Positions 18,118 through 27,442 are shown, counted from the stretch's first letter. The stretch: 64,000 nt of DNA from an uncultured Alphaproteobacteria bacterium (GCA_963697595.1 CAVOON010000002.1:15564-79563); one strand, 5' to 3'. Program-made: numbers and translations. Notes: a model not told the origin generated them from the letters alone.

Positions 18118-20031
18118 TCATTGACCCGGGGCCATGCTGACGCCGGTGGGACCGCTGAGATTGCCATGGGCATTGATCTGCTGTTCGACCTTGACGACAA
18201 AATCGGGGGAGGGCGAGACTTCGACTTTGAGGCCGATATTTGCGGAGCCCTCAAGACGCACCGGCGTCGATCCCTCGCCTTCCGCAGACGCGCCAGTGGA
18301 TTTGAGCGCGCGCATGCGCTTGAACACCGAAGATCCGGCCTCATGCGGGGCCTCGGGCAATTCCCAAGGCATGCGGAAATTCGACTTGATCCAAGGATGC
18401 ATTTCCGCCTTGTCATTCGCGATATCGGCGGCAGACTTGTTCATCAGGCCACCATAAATGGCGTTGCGGTTGTAGATCGCCGAAGCGCCAAACGCAGCGG
18501 CGCCGAAGAGACCGGCGGTCGCCAGTGACGGCAGTGGAAGGCCAGCCGATGCGCCGCCCAGCAGCATCTGCGCGCCCTTGATCCCGAGATAGCCAGTAAG
18601 CGCCGTTCCGACCACTCCGGCTCCTGTCGCCTCTTTTGCGACCGTCGGATAATCGGAAAACACTTTCGCGGCGCGCGCTGCGGTCTCAGAGAGCACATTG
18701 ATGCCGTCCGTCAACGGCTGCAGAAAAGGCCTTCCGGCGGCGGCGGCGAGATCATCAACCTTGGCTTTGAGGCTGCTCGCCGCCATGCCAAAGTCCTCGT
18801 CTATAATCTTCCTAACGGCGGCGGTTCCGGGCGCGCCGTGTGTCATCGCGCGGTCTTTTTCATAAAGACCATGCTGCGTCAGTTGTTCGGCGACGAATTG
18901 TCCGGCGACGCGGTTCGAAAAGAGATGCGCTACCTCTTCTTGAACCTTTCTCGGCTCTGTAATTCCGGCCTTGTCGAGCGCCTTCTTGAGGTAGGTTTGC
19001 ACCCACTTATCCGGGTCGCTGATCGCGAGGTCCGAGCCATAGACGCCGCCAGGCATAATGCCTTTGACCGAGCCCGTTGACGTGTAAACGACCTTATTTG
19101 GATCAACGAGACCAAGCCTTACCATCTCCTCAGCAGCCATTTTCTGCATACGGCCGCCGATGATTGCCGAATAAAAAGATCCTCCCGCCGTGCCTGCCTG
19201 AGCGCCGCCGTGATGCTGAATCATTGTTGGTAGGACGCCGGCAACAAATTCTGGGGAGTAACCCATCGTCGCGGCGCGCCCATATTGCGCCGCTTCGAAG
19301 AACTCATAGGGCTTGATCGTATCGCCAAAGACGTTGATCGCCTTCGCGATGCCCTCGATATAATTGCGAAACTTGTCGATGTCCTGCGTCGTGCCGGCAA
19401 GCTCCGCCGCCTTGATTAGTTTATCGAAGCTTTCGTTAATCTCCTCCGTTGAGGCGTTTGGATGCGCATGTTGCTCAAGCACCCGCAACTTCAACAAAGG
19501 CTCGGAAACGCGAGCCGCCTCTTCATAAGAGCCGACGCTCGCGCGCTGATTGCGCAGCATATGCATGATATCGGCCTGGCGCACCGATCTATATTTTCCC
19601 GCGAGCTCCATCGCTTTCGCGTTCGCCTCAGCAATCTCACCCTCGCTCATGCCGGCATTGGACATGCGAATGTTTTCATGTAACTGCGCCTGAGCCTGTT
19701 TGACGATTTCCTTGACGATCGGCGCGGCGACAGCGGAGGCGGCGCCGATGGTGAGGCCCGTCTGGATCGCCCTTTCGCGCGCAGCCTGATTGCGCTCCCA
19801 GAAGCCGGGACCGGGCGCGACGGAGCTCGCCATCCTGCGCGCGACGTCAAGATGCTGCTGCTGCTTGATCCAGACGTCGGACATGCCGCGCGCCATGGAG
19901 TCCACGCGGCGACTGGCCTGCATCGCCGTGGCTTCCAGCCCGCGCAGCTTTTGCGCCACCTGTGCGAAGGTCGCGCCGGTCTTGTCTTGGGCGCTTATGA
20001 TTGCGCGGGTTTCGATAGTCTTGAGCGTCAT
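18118..20031 (-). CDS. Phage tail tape-measure-like protein (637 aa)
   Basis: N-terminal IISAQDKTGATFAQVAQKL; long Ala/Gly-rich helical body; GGAQAGTA...GR...LGLVDPNKV...PGG..GSDL...DP..W core; hydrophobic Gly-rich segments; C-terminal GSANIGLKVEV. Resembles myovirus-type TMPs from memory. Confidence 0.75.
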   Translation of the reverse strand: MTLKTIETRAIISAQDKTGATFAQVAQKLRGLEATAMQASRRVDSMARGMSDVWIKQQQHLDVARRMASSVAPGPGFWERNQAARERAIQTGLTIGAASAVAAPIVKEIVKQAQAQLHENIRMSNAGMSEGEIAEANAKAMELAGKYRSVRQADIMHMLRNQRASVGSYEEAARVSEPLLKLRVLEQHAHPNASTEEINESFDKLIKAAELAGTTQDIDKFRNYIEGIAKAINVFGDTIKPYEFFEAAQYGRAATMGYSPEFVAGVLPTMIQHHGGAQAGTAGGSFYSAIIGGRMQKMAAEEMVRLGLVDPNKVVYTSTGSVKGIMPGGVYGSDLAISDPDKWVQTYLKKALDKAGITEPRKVQEEVAHLFSNRVAGQFVAEQLTQHGLYEKDRAMTHGAPGTAAVRKIIDEDFGMAASSLKAKVDDLAAAAGRPFLQPLTDGINVLSETAARAAKVFSDYPTVAKEATGAGVVGTALTGYLGIKGAQMLLGGASAGLPLPSLATAGLFGAAAFGASAIYNRNAIYGGLMNKSAADIANDKAEMHPWIKSNFRMPWELPEAPHEAGSSVFKRMRALKSTGASAEGEGSTPVRLEGSANIGLKVEVSPSPDFVVKVEQQINAHGNLSGPTGVSMAPGQ

Positions 20032-20101
20032 GCCTATCGCCTTTGCTGTTCTGCAAAATATTGCTGCGCCTGTTCGAACCGATGGAAGGCTTCGTCAACC
20101 G

Positions 20102-20362
20102 TCACGCTGCCGAAGCGGCCAGTGCAATGACGTCGACGCCTTCGACACCCGCGCATTCGACGGCGCAATGCTTTCCAAACATCGCAAGAAATTCGTCGGC
20201 GAGCGTAGCCGGGAAGGTCAGCGGCGTTCCGGGCGCGTGCTCGATTATGTCGATGCGGCCGGATGTCTGGTTGTTGTGCTCGTCAAGGACAGGCGGCGCG
20301 GACGTTTTGCCGTTTCGGCCGTGCAGTGTGAACGGAAGCTTGATTGTCTTTGTGAGGGACAT
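20102..20362 (-). CDS. Hypothetical protein (86 aa) immediately upstream of TMP
   Basis: RBS AAGGA, co-oriented operon position. Confidence 0.6.
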   Translation of the reverse strand: MSLTKTIKLPFTLHGRNGKTSAPPVLDEHNNQTSGRIDIIEHAPGTPLTFPATLADEFLAMFGKHCAVECAGVEGVDVIALAASAA

Positions 20363-20443
20363 GGAAAATTCCTTTATTTCGACGTTGGCGCGGCGCGCGC
20401 CATGTGCGCCGGCCAGGGCTCCTATGCGTTTCGGCGCTTGGCG

Positions 20444-21322
20444 CTAGGCGCGCGCGCCGGAAACGACGATCGGCGGCGCGGCAAGCTTTTCGTCTCGGAC
20501 TCGCCTGCGATCGCGTTCCACTCGCATCGCTTCGAGTTCTTCCCGCTCTTCCTGCTTTCGACGCTCAATCAGCGCGAGGCGATTGGTTTCCGCGTTTCGC
20601 GCATGCGTCTCGCGCGCCTGCTGCTCTAGCTCCAACGATGTAAGCGGTTTTGGAGGCGGCAGCGGAACAAGCTCTTGTTCGACGCGAAAAAATTCATAGA
20701 TGGCTTTTTTCGTCGCGATCAGTATTTCGAGTTGAGCATCATCGATACTCGGGAGCGCTTTGCGCGCGGCTCTGACACTCATATCGGAGACGGCGATCTC
20801 CCACTCCCATATGATCATCTGAGCGCCGGCTTTATCGTGCGTGTACCACAGATCCTTCCCAGATTCGACGTCCCGATAAAATGGACGCAGGCGCCCTTCT
20901 TTCGATTTCAGATCCTCGAACAATGGATTGAAGATCGCCTGCGCATGCAGTTTTGCATTCTTGAGGCTGCGTATTTTCTCCTCGACCGCCTCAAACCTTT
21001 TCAGCGCTTCCGCGCGTGAGATATTCGGCGCTTCCGCGGTGTCGGAAATGTCAAAAAAACGCTGGGCAGCCGTGAGGCCCTCTTGCTGTTCGAGGCGTTC
21101 GATATAATTTTGAAGCGCCAGGGCTTCACTCTGCGCCGCGCTTTCTTGGCTCGGAACAAGTTTGAAGCGCTCAACGAAGGAAAGGCACCGTTCGCCGGTT
21201 GCTTTGTAATCGGCGAGGGCATTGTCAAACGCCCGCGACATTTCCGGATTGCCGTAACGAAGAAAGCGCTCGGGCGCTTGATCATTCGTCGACAGAGCCG
21301 CGTCGTTTCCGGTTTTGCTCAT
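20444..21322 (-). CDS. Hypothetical coiled-coil protein (292 aa)
   Basis: RBS AGGA before MSKTGND; E/R/K-rich helical C-terminus. Confidence 0.7.
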   Translation of the reverse strand: MSKTGNDAALSTNDQAPERFLRYGNPEMSRAFDNALADYKATGERCLSFVERFKLVPSQESAAQSEALALQNYIERLEQQEGLTAAQRFFDISDTAEAPNISRAEALKRFEAVEEKIRSLKNAKLHAQAIFNPLFEDLKSKEGRLRPFYRDVESGKDLWYTHDKAGAQMIIWEWEIAVSDMSVRAARKALPSIDDAQLEILIATKKAIYEFFRVEQELVPLPPPKPLTSLELEQQARETHARNAETNRLALIERRKQEEREELEAMRVERDRRRVRDEKLAAPPIVVSGARA

Positions 21323-21491
21323 CTGCTTTTTCCTAGTTCGTTTGGGAGGAGCGCGTCGTGGTGTTTGAGGGGAAAGTGCGCGGCGGTCTGCAAATTCGAC
21401 CGCCGCGCCTGTCGCGACCCCACTTCGGTCGAGAGGAAGGAATCCAACAAGGAACCTCTCGACCTCGCGTCGCGACAATGGGTGGAGCTCG

Positions 21492-21821
21492 TCAGCATGT
21501 TTTTGACAAGCACGGAAAATATTCATCCAGATTGCCGCCGGGCATAGCGATGGCTGCGGCGAGCGCTTGCTTACGTTGAAGGAGTCGGATTAGCGCCGCC
21601 AAGCGGTCGCGCTCCACTTGCGCAACTAAAAGTCGTTGCTTTGCTTGCACTGCCTCACTCAACGAACGGCCGAGCGCCGCTCTGTCGTAGGCTTCTTGCG
21701 CTTGACCTATCGCCTCGATATTCGCTGCCGCTTTTTTATGGGAGTCGATGAGCGCTTGCTCGATCTGCGCGAGAGAGACTGCCGAATTTTCGGTGAGAGC
21801 CAAAAGCTCGTTGAACTGCAT
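21492..21821 (-). CDS. Hypothetical coiled-coil protein (109 aa)
   Basis: RBS GGAGG; Ala/Gln/Leu heptad-like sequence. Confidence 0.65.
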   Translation of the reverse strand: MQFNELLALTENSAVSLAQIEQALIDSHKKAAANIEAIGQAQEAYDRAALGRSLSEAVQAKQRLLVAQVERDRLAALIRLLQRKQALAAAIAMPGGNLDEYFPCLSKTC

Positions 21822-21898
21822 TGACTGCCTCCATTCCTGGTGGAATTTCGGAGACAGAAGCGCCAGTGGCTATGGCCAAAATAATTAAAGCAGCTTTA

Positions 21899-22498
21899 TT
21901 ATTGATTTTTAAGGTGTTTCTCGCGCAATCGTTTCCCCAAGGCGCGGACAAATCGCGACGGTTTATCTTCATCCGGGCCTATGTTCGACTGCAATGCGCA
22001 GGATAATCGCTGAGCAATAGACGCAATGACTTTGTGCCATCCTGCGTCGCTTTTGCATAGGAGATCCATAAGGAACAATTGGCCTGCTGTATCCTCTACA
22101 GCGATGAATAAAAGGAACGTGCCTATCATGGAAAGGCTGTTGATCATCCAATCGTATTCGTGAATATCGTCAGTTTTTTCCCAAGCCTCTGCGGTTTCGA
22201 TGATATAGCGTGAGCGCTTCAACACAGCGCTCCGGTATCCGGTTGATATTTTCAGAATAATCTCGTCGACGTGACTTAGGCTAATCGGTTGAGACGAGGT
22301 AATCATGATTGCGGCCCGCGCCGCCGCATATTTGTTTAAGCCAAACACACGAAGCGATAGAAAGATTGCAACCTCAAACCGAATGTCTCTTTTGAGCAAT
22401 GAGACAGTAGAGCCTTTGGGACGTCCGGGCTCCCCCTTCGCTCTTATGAGCTTCTTGTTCGCCCGTTTCAGTGCGAGTCTCTCTTTGATCGATTTCAT
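21899..22498 (-). CDS. Hypothetical basic protein with AT-hook-like GRPKGS motif
   Basis: AT-richer ORF directly downstream of the XRE gene; K/R-rich N-terminus, PGRPKGS. Confidence 0.65.
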   Translation of the reverse strand: MKSIKERLALKRANKKLIRAKGEPGRPKGSTVSLLKRDIRFEVAIFLSLRVFGLNKYAAARAAIMITSSQPISLSHVDEIILKISTGYRSAVLKRSRYIIETAEAWEKTDDIHEYDWMINSLSMIGTFLLFIAVEDTAGQLFLMDLLCKSDAGWHKVIASIAQRLSCALQSNIGPDEDKPSRFVRALGKRLREKHLKNQ

Positions 22499-22556
22499 TC
22501 GTCATCTCTAATTCGACGGGCGCCAAACTCGCGAAACTCTCGATCTCGATAATTTC

Positions 22557-22826
22557 CTAAGTTGCGGCCTTTTCAGCGCGACCTTTGCGCAGGCGAACGC
22601 CTGGGCCTTCCCCGTTTTCAGCAAGGAAAAGAATGCCCGCGGTCTCGAGTGCGCGTCGAATGTCGGCGAGCGTTCGGCCGTAGGGCGTTCGGTTTCCAGC
22701 TTCAAAATCGGCAATGGTCTTCTTTGCGACCTTAGAGCCAGCCAACGCCGTCGCTTCTTCGAGCTGTTCTTGTGTCCAGCCGAGTAGGGCTCGCCCGGCG
22801 CGACATTGCTCCCGCGAAAAAGTCAT
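22557..22826 (-). CDS. XRE-family HTH regulator
   Basis: QCRAGRALLGWTQEQL...TIADFEAG.RTP...TLADIRRALE.AGI.F...NGEGPGVRLRK, the typical alphaproteobacterial XRE. Confidence 0.92.
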   Translation of the reverse strand: MTFSREQCRAGRALLGWTQEQLEEATALAGSKVAKKTIADFEAGNRTPYGRTLADIRRALETAGILFLAENGEGPGVRLRKGRAEKAAT

Positions 22827-22853
22827 TTCCAGCGTAACCCTTCTCTTTTAGAG

Positions 22854-22892
22854 TTGACTTATTAAAGGCAATGTTACACTATTAGTGTAACA
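22854..22892. promoter_or_regulatory. Divergent switch: TTGACT-N17-CACTAT promoter overlapped by perfect palindrome TGTTACACTA-T-TAGTGTAACA (22872-22892)
   Basis: 10+10 bp perfect inverted repeat in the only divergent intergenic region of the element core. Confidence 0.75.
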
Positions 22893-22988
22893 AGGCAAGG
22901 GACGGTCGCGCATTGCTTTGTGATTTGACGGAAGTCCGCCGCAGTCCGTCTCAATCATCGATCGCGACTTTTTACGAGGGAGAAACTT

Positions 22989-23420
22989 ATGTCCTCCAAG
23001 CAAACCCGCCGCATATTTCTCGCCGCCGGCTCCGCTGGCGCGGTGTTTGGCGCTTTATCCGTCGCTGCGGCAGGAGAAGCTGCGCCTGATGCCCGCCTTC
23101 CCGCGATCGCGGGCGGCGGTTTGCCCGCGCCGTTGTCCGGCGCGTTAGCCCAAGCCGTCGAGCGCCACAAGCTCACCTGGAGGGCTCTTAACAGCGGTGT
23201 TATTGGCGGCGAAGATATTCCAGATCATCTGATAGATGCAGAAAGCGAAGCGCTTTGGCATCTTGCGACGCTTCCTTGCGCTGACGATGGCGAACTTCTC
23301 GCGAAGCTGCGCTACCTGGTGGCCTATGAAAAAGGCGTCGCGCTAGGGCGCGCCTTCGACATGAGCGCGCATGGCTCGCTCCCGATCGCCCTCGATCTTT
23401 ATTTCACTCAAGGAGCATGA
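22989..23420 (+). CDS. Hypothetical protein with twin-arginine-like N-terminus
   Basis: TRRIFLAAGSAGAVFGALSVAAAGEA; RBS GGGAG. Confidence 0.75.
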   Translation: MSSKQTRRIFLAAGSAGAVFGALSVAAAGEAAPDARLPAIAGGGLPAPLSGALAQAVERHKLTWRALNSGVIGGEDIPDHLIDAESEALWHLATLPCADDGELLAKLRYLVAYEKGVALGRAFDMSAHGSLPIALDLYFTQGA

Positions 23421-24163
23421 TCATGACTACGGTTTCGATCTCTCGACGCTCCCTCGCTGGCGCGACGGCCGTCGCTGCTGTTGGTCTAATCGTCCCACTG
23501 GCCGATGCGAGCTCGCCGGCTCTAAGCGATCTTTGGCGCGAATGGCGTTCCCTGCGGCAGCCCCATCATGAGTCGTTGGCGATGCTGGAAGCTGCATTGG
23601 ATGCGCTTCCGGCCTGGGCCAAACCCGGTCCGCGATATATGAAAAAAGACGGCTCGCTTTCGGGTCCTGAAGTGGCTTGGCCAATGGACGTGGCGACTTT
23701 GCCGCCGGAATATGGCGCCTACAGAGTAGTTCGCCCCTCTCCCGAAGATTGTCGGCAGAGATATGAACGAAGCAAGCTAGCAAATGTAGCCAATGCCAAG
23801 ATTTCGTATGTAAAGGGGCTACGTCGGATCGCGCGCCTTCGGATGGCCAAGCGCGAAGAGGAGCGGAAACTCGAAATTCCAGAATTGCAGCGCAGATACG
23901 ATGCGATCGTTGAGAGAATCTATGAGCTTGCGTATGCGATTTTGAATTTAGATGACCATTCGCCGGATGCGACCGCCGGCAAAGTATTGATGGCGCTGTA
24001 TTTTGACGTCGACGACAATATGTTGTCCGGCGATGCGCTCGGCCATCATGAAGCAGTGCTGAAATCTCTCCGGCCGCATCTGACGGGACATATTGCAACA
24101 GACGTCGCCGCCATCCTCGACAATAAGCAAGCCAGACTTTGTGAGCAGCCTTTTTGGGCATGA
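23417..24163 (+). CDS. Hypothetical protein with twin-arginine-like N-terminus
   Basis: ISRRSLAGATAVAAVGLIVPLADA; ATGA overlap with the previous gene. Confidence 0.75.
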   Translation: MIMTTVSISRRSLAGATAVAAVGLIVPLADASSPALSDLWREWRSLRQPHHESLAMLEAALDALPAWAKPGPRYMKKDGSLSGPEVAWPMDVATLPPEYGAYRVVRPSPEDCRQRYERSKLANVANAKISYVKGLRRIARLRMAKREEERKLEIPELQRRYDAIVERIYELAYAILNLDDHSPDATAGKVLMALYFDVDDNMLSGDALGHHEAVLKSLRPHLTGHIATDVAAILDNKQARLCEQPFWA

Positions 24164-24432
24164 GAGCCACGAACGATCGCAAATCGGGGTCGCAGCCTGC
24201 AACTTCGAAACTTTCTGACTGGATTGGACAAGCGGATATGTCGACAACTTTGCTCCGCGCCGGCGCCTATGACCGGCGCTCCATTATGCGCAAGGCTCAC
24301 GCTGAATTTCGCGCGGCTAAACGGCGCGGAAAGGCCTGGACTTTTGCGCGCTGTCTGACCTTCGCATGGGCGATCGCGCGGGAGCAACGCGCGCGATGCT
24401 CTCGAGAAAGCGTCAAAAAATTGGCCGCGTGA
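24160..24432 (+). CDS. Small basic hypothetical phage-type protein
   Basis: ATGA overlap with the previous stop (alternative start 24238); YDRRSIMRKAH...W.F..CL..AW pattern. Confidence 0.6.
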   Translation: MRATNDRKSGSQPATSKLSDWIGQADMSTTLLRAGAYDRRSIMRKAHAEFRAAKRRGKAWTFARCLTFAWAIAREQRARCSRESVKKLAA

Positions 24433-24662
24433 AAGCTGTTTGGTTCTGCTGAGAGCCACACTTTGTGGCGTCTCGTCATTCGATGATTTGGGCGTATTTT
24501 GTCGTAAACGAGTGTAGTTCTCGCGCTCCAATATCACAGCAAAACAATAGGTTGTAACGTCTAATTATTTTGGCAATGGCCGCGCCCGCTACTTTTTTTG
24601 AAGATGACGCATCGAAACTGAAAGCGCTTGCGCGAGTCGCATGCTGAAATCGGGGTGGCTAC

Positions 24663-24929
24663 ATGAAAAAAGACGTGAGTCCGGTCGCATCTGAGTTGCG
24701 CCCAACTGATCAAGATGCGCCAGTAGCTCTACTCAATGAATTGCAGGCTGCGGATTATCTCAAGCTTTCCGTGCGCACCCTTCAACAATGGCGCGTGTCA
24801 GGTCGCGGGCCTCTGTTCACAAAATTGTCTCGCGCTGTTCGTTACCGGCGCGCCGATCTCGAAGCCTATGTCTCTCGCGGTGTGGCGCAGTCAACAACGC
24901 AAGCCGACCTAGCGAAAAGGACGGCGTGA
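24663..24929 (+). CDS. AlpA/excisionase-like HTH protein
   Basis: LLNELQAADYLKLSVRTLQQWR..G.GP.F.KL..AVRYRRADLEAY. Confidence 0.9.
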   Translation: MKKDVSPVASELRPTDQDAPVALLNELQAADYLKLSVRTLQQWRVSGRGPLFTKLSRAVRYRRADLEAYVSRGVAQSTTQADLAKRTA

Positions 24930-24934
24930 AGGCC

Positions 24935-25246
24935 ATGATTCGCGGCCGCACAATAGCTTTCACTCGCATCGCCGAGGCGGCGGCCCGCCAGTCGGAGACC
25001 GTTCTTTCGCGTTGGCTTCCCGACGGCCACAAAGACGCGGGCGAATGGGTGGCGCGCAATCCAAAGCGCCTGGATAAGAAGCCCGGAAGCTTCAAAATCA
25101 ATTTGCGCACCGGCCGTTGGGGCGATTTCGCTACAGGCGACAAAGGTGGCGACCTCATAGCGCTGGCCGCTTACCTCTTTAATCTTGATCAAGCGCAGGC
25201 GGCGCAGCGCGTCGCCGAAATGATGGGAATCGACCCCTTTGAATGA
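24935..25246 (+). CDS. Primase accessory (zinc-binding-domain-like) N-terminal module
   Basis: RWLPDG....EW.ARNP.R.D..PGSFKINL.TGRWGDFATGDKGGDLI.LAAYL, typical of primase N-terminal domains but without Cys ligands. Confidence 0.75.
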   Translation: MIRGRTIAFTRIAEAAARQSETVLSRWLPDGHKDAGEWVARNPKRLDKKPGSFKINLRTGRWGDFATGDKGGDLIALAAYLFNLDQAQAAQRVAEMMGIDPFE

Positions 25247-27422
25247 TCCCTTCGCGCCGATCGAAACTGCTAAGCCGAATGGTCGCGGGAATGCGCCCGC
25301 ATCGGCCGCCCCGCAGTGGATATTGATTGCTCCCGTTCCGCATGACGCTCTGGCGCCTCCGGCGCGTCATCCCAAACTTGGCGCACCATCCTCTCGTTGG
25401 GCCTATCACGACGCTTCTGGCGCCTTGCTCGGCTATATCCTCCGTTTCGACGGCGTCGACGGAAAGCAGTTTCGCCCGTTGGCGCTCTATGCGCCCGCGG
25501 CGGGCGGCGCGCCTGAGTGGCGCTGGGAGGCCTGGCCCGTTCCGCGCCCACTCTATGGGCTTGATCGCCTGGCCGCGCGACGTTCCGCTTTCGTCGTCAT
25601 CTGCGAGGGCGAGAAATCGGCTGACGCTGCGTCGCGTCTGTTGCCGGAGTTCGTTTGCGTCACCTCGCCGAACGGCTCGAAAAGCGCCGCCAAGGCCGAT
25701 TGGAGCGCTCTGCGCGGGCGGGACGTGACCGTCTGGCGCGATGCTGACGCGCCAGGGCTGGAATATGCGCAGAAGGTCGCCGAGCTATGCGCAGCGGCCG
25801 GCGCGGCCTCCATCGCCATCGTTACGGTGCCCGAAGGCGTCGCGGAAGGCTGGGACGCTGCCGACGCCGAGCAAGACGGCTGGACGCCGGCGCGCGCTCT
25901 CGACTTGATCGGTGCGGCGGAATCCTTTGAAAAAACCGCTGAGCCGGAAGCGAAAAAGGGAAAAGCAAAAAAAGAGCGCCGCACGCCGCAGCGCGATTTG
26001 TTCATGGCTCTGACGAAGGACTCCGCGTTGTGGCATGGGCCGGATTATGAAGCCTTCGTAACAGTTCCAATAAACTCGCATCGCGAAAGTTGGCCGGTGC
26101 GCTCGCAGGCTTTCCGCAGATGGCTCGCCATGCGCGCCTATGAGGCTCACGGCGTTGCGCCGGGAGGACAGGCGCTTGAAGATGTTATTCGCATCCTGGA
26201 GGCTCGCGCCGTCAGCGAGGGCGTGTTGCAAACGCCGTGGCGCCGGGTCGGCGCGCGCGATGGGAAGCTTTACATCGATCTTGCGGATTCGAAATGGCGC
26301 GCCGTCGAAATTCGCCCCACGGGTCGCACGCTCCTTGAGGCCCATGATCTGCCATTCGTGCGCTCTCCAAGAATGCGCGAACTCTGTTCGCCGCTCGGTG
26401 GATCTTCTATCAACGAGCTGCGTCCTTTCGCCAACGTCGCCAGCGATGATGACTTTATCCTTGTCGTCGCCTGGCTGGTCGCATCCTTTCGCGAGCGTGG
26501 GCCATATCCGATCTTGGTTTTGAACGGCGAGCAAGGATCTGGAAAATCCAGCTTTTCACGTCTGCTACGAAGCCTGCTTGATCCATCCTCTCCGGCTATC
26601 CAGGGGCCTCCGAAAGACGAACAAAATTTGATCGTCTCGGCGCAAAACGGGCATGTGCTCGCCTTCGACAATCTGTCGCATATTTCGCCGGAATTATCGG
26701 ACGGCCTTTGTCGTCTCGCAACGGGCAGCGGCTTCGCCGTGCGAGCGCTGCATACTGATAAGGATGAAAATATTTTCGACGGCGCTCGGCCGATCATCGT
26801 CAATGGAATACCGTCGCTTGCCGAGAGGCCGGATTTAAACGAGCGCGCGATCGTCGTGAGACTTGCTACCATTCCGGACGATAAACGCCGCCCTGAAGAC
26901 GAGCTCGAAGCTGAATGGGAAAAAGCGCGCCCGCGCGTGCTGGGCGCCATCTGCGCCGCACTGTCGACGGCGCTGAAAAACATCGGAAAGACGCGACTTG
27001 CGCGCTCCGGCCGCATGGCGGACTTCGAAAAATGGATCACGGCCGCTGAGCCGGGGCTTGATTGGGAACTGGGCACTTTTTCTCGCGCCTATTTGTCAAA
27101 TCGCAAAGACAGCGCCGAAACGGCGTTCGAAGGCGACCTGGTGGCGATGGCCATTCGCGAATTGCTCGTTTCCGATGACTGTTATTACTGGACTGGAACC
27201 GCCACTGAATTGCTCAATCGCCTTGGCGTGATTGTCGGCGAGTCGACACGCCAAATGCGCCTTTGGCCGAAGACGGCGCAAGGTCTCGGCAATAGCCTGG
27301 AGCGCTCGGCGCCGCTGTTGCGCGGCAAAGGAATCACAATCGAGCGAAAACATTCTGGCGTTCGATCGATCATCCTTTCGCGCGCGCGCGAGCCGGCGAC
27401 TCCGCCTGCAAACACGATATGA
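25239..27422 (+). CDS. Primase (TOPRIM)-helicase (P-loop ATPase) fusion replication protein
   Basis: ICEGEKSADAA and VWRDADAPG (TOPRIM); VLNGEQGSGKS (Walker A); LAFDN (Walker B); C-terminal winged-helix-like WP......G..L.R..P.LR..GI.I. Confidence 0.9.
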   Translation: MNDPFAPIETAKPNGRGNAPASAAPQWILIAPVPHDALAPPARHPKLGAPSSRWAYHDASGALLGYILRFDGVDGKQFRPLALYAPAAGGAPEWRWEAWPVPRPLYGLDRLAARRSAFVVICEGEKSADAASRLLPEFVCVTSPNGSKSAAKADWSALRGRDVTVWRDADAPGLEYAQKVAELCAAAGAASIAIVTVPEGVAEGWDAADAEQDGWTPARALDLIGAAESFEKTAEPEAKKGKAKKERRTPQRDLFMALTKDSALWHGPDYEAFVTVPINSHRESWPVRSQAFRRWLAMRAYEAHGVAPGGQALEDVIRILEARAVSEGVLQTPWRRVGARDGKLYIDLADSKWRAVEIRPTGRTLLEAHDLPFVRSPRMRELCSPLGGSSINELRPFANVASDDDFILVVAWLVASFRERGPYPILVLNGEQGSGKSSFSRLLRSLLDPSSPAIQGPPKDEQNLIVSAQNGHVLAFDNLSHISPELSDGLCRLATGSGFAVRALHTDKDENIFDGARPIIVNGIPSLAERPDLNERAIVVRLATIPDDKRRPEDELEAEWEKARPRVLGAICAALSTALKNIGKTRLARSGRMADFEKWITAAEPGLDWELGTFSRAYLSNRKDSAETAFEGDLVAMAIRELLVSDDCYYWTGTATELLNRLGVIVGESTRQMRLWPKTAQGLGNSLERSAPLLRGKGITIERKHSGVRSIILSRAREPATPPANTI

Positions 27423-27442
27423 CCACGTAGCTACGCTCCTAG

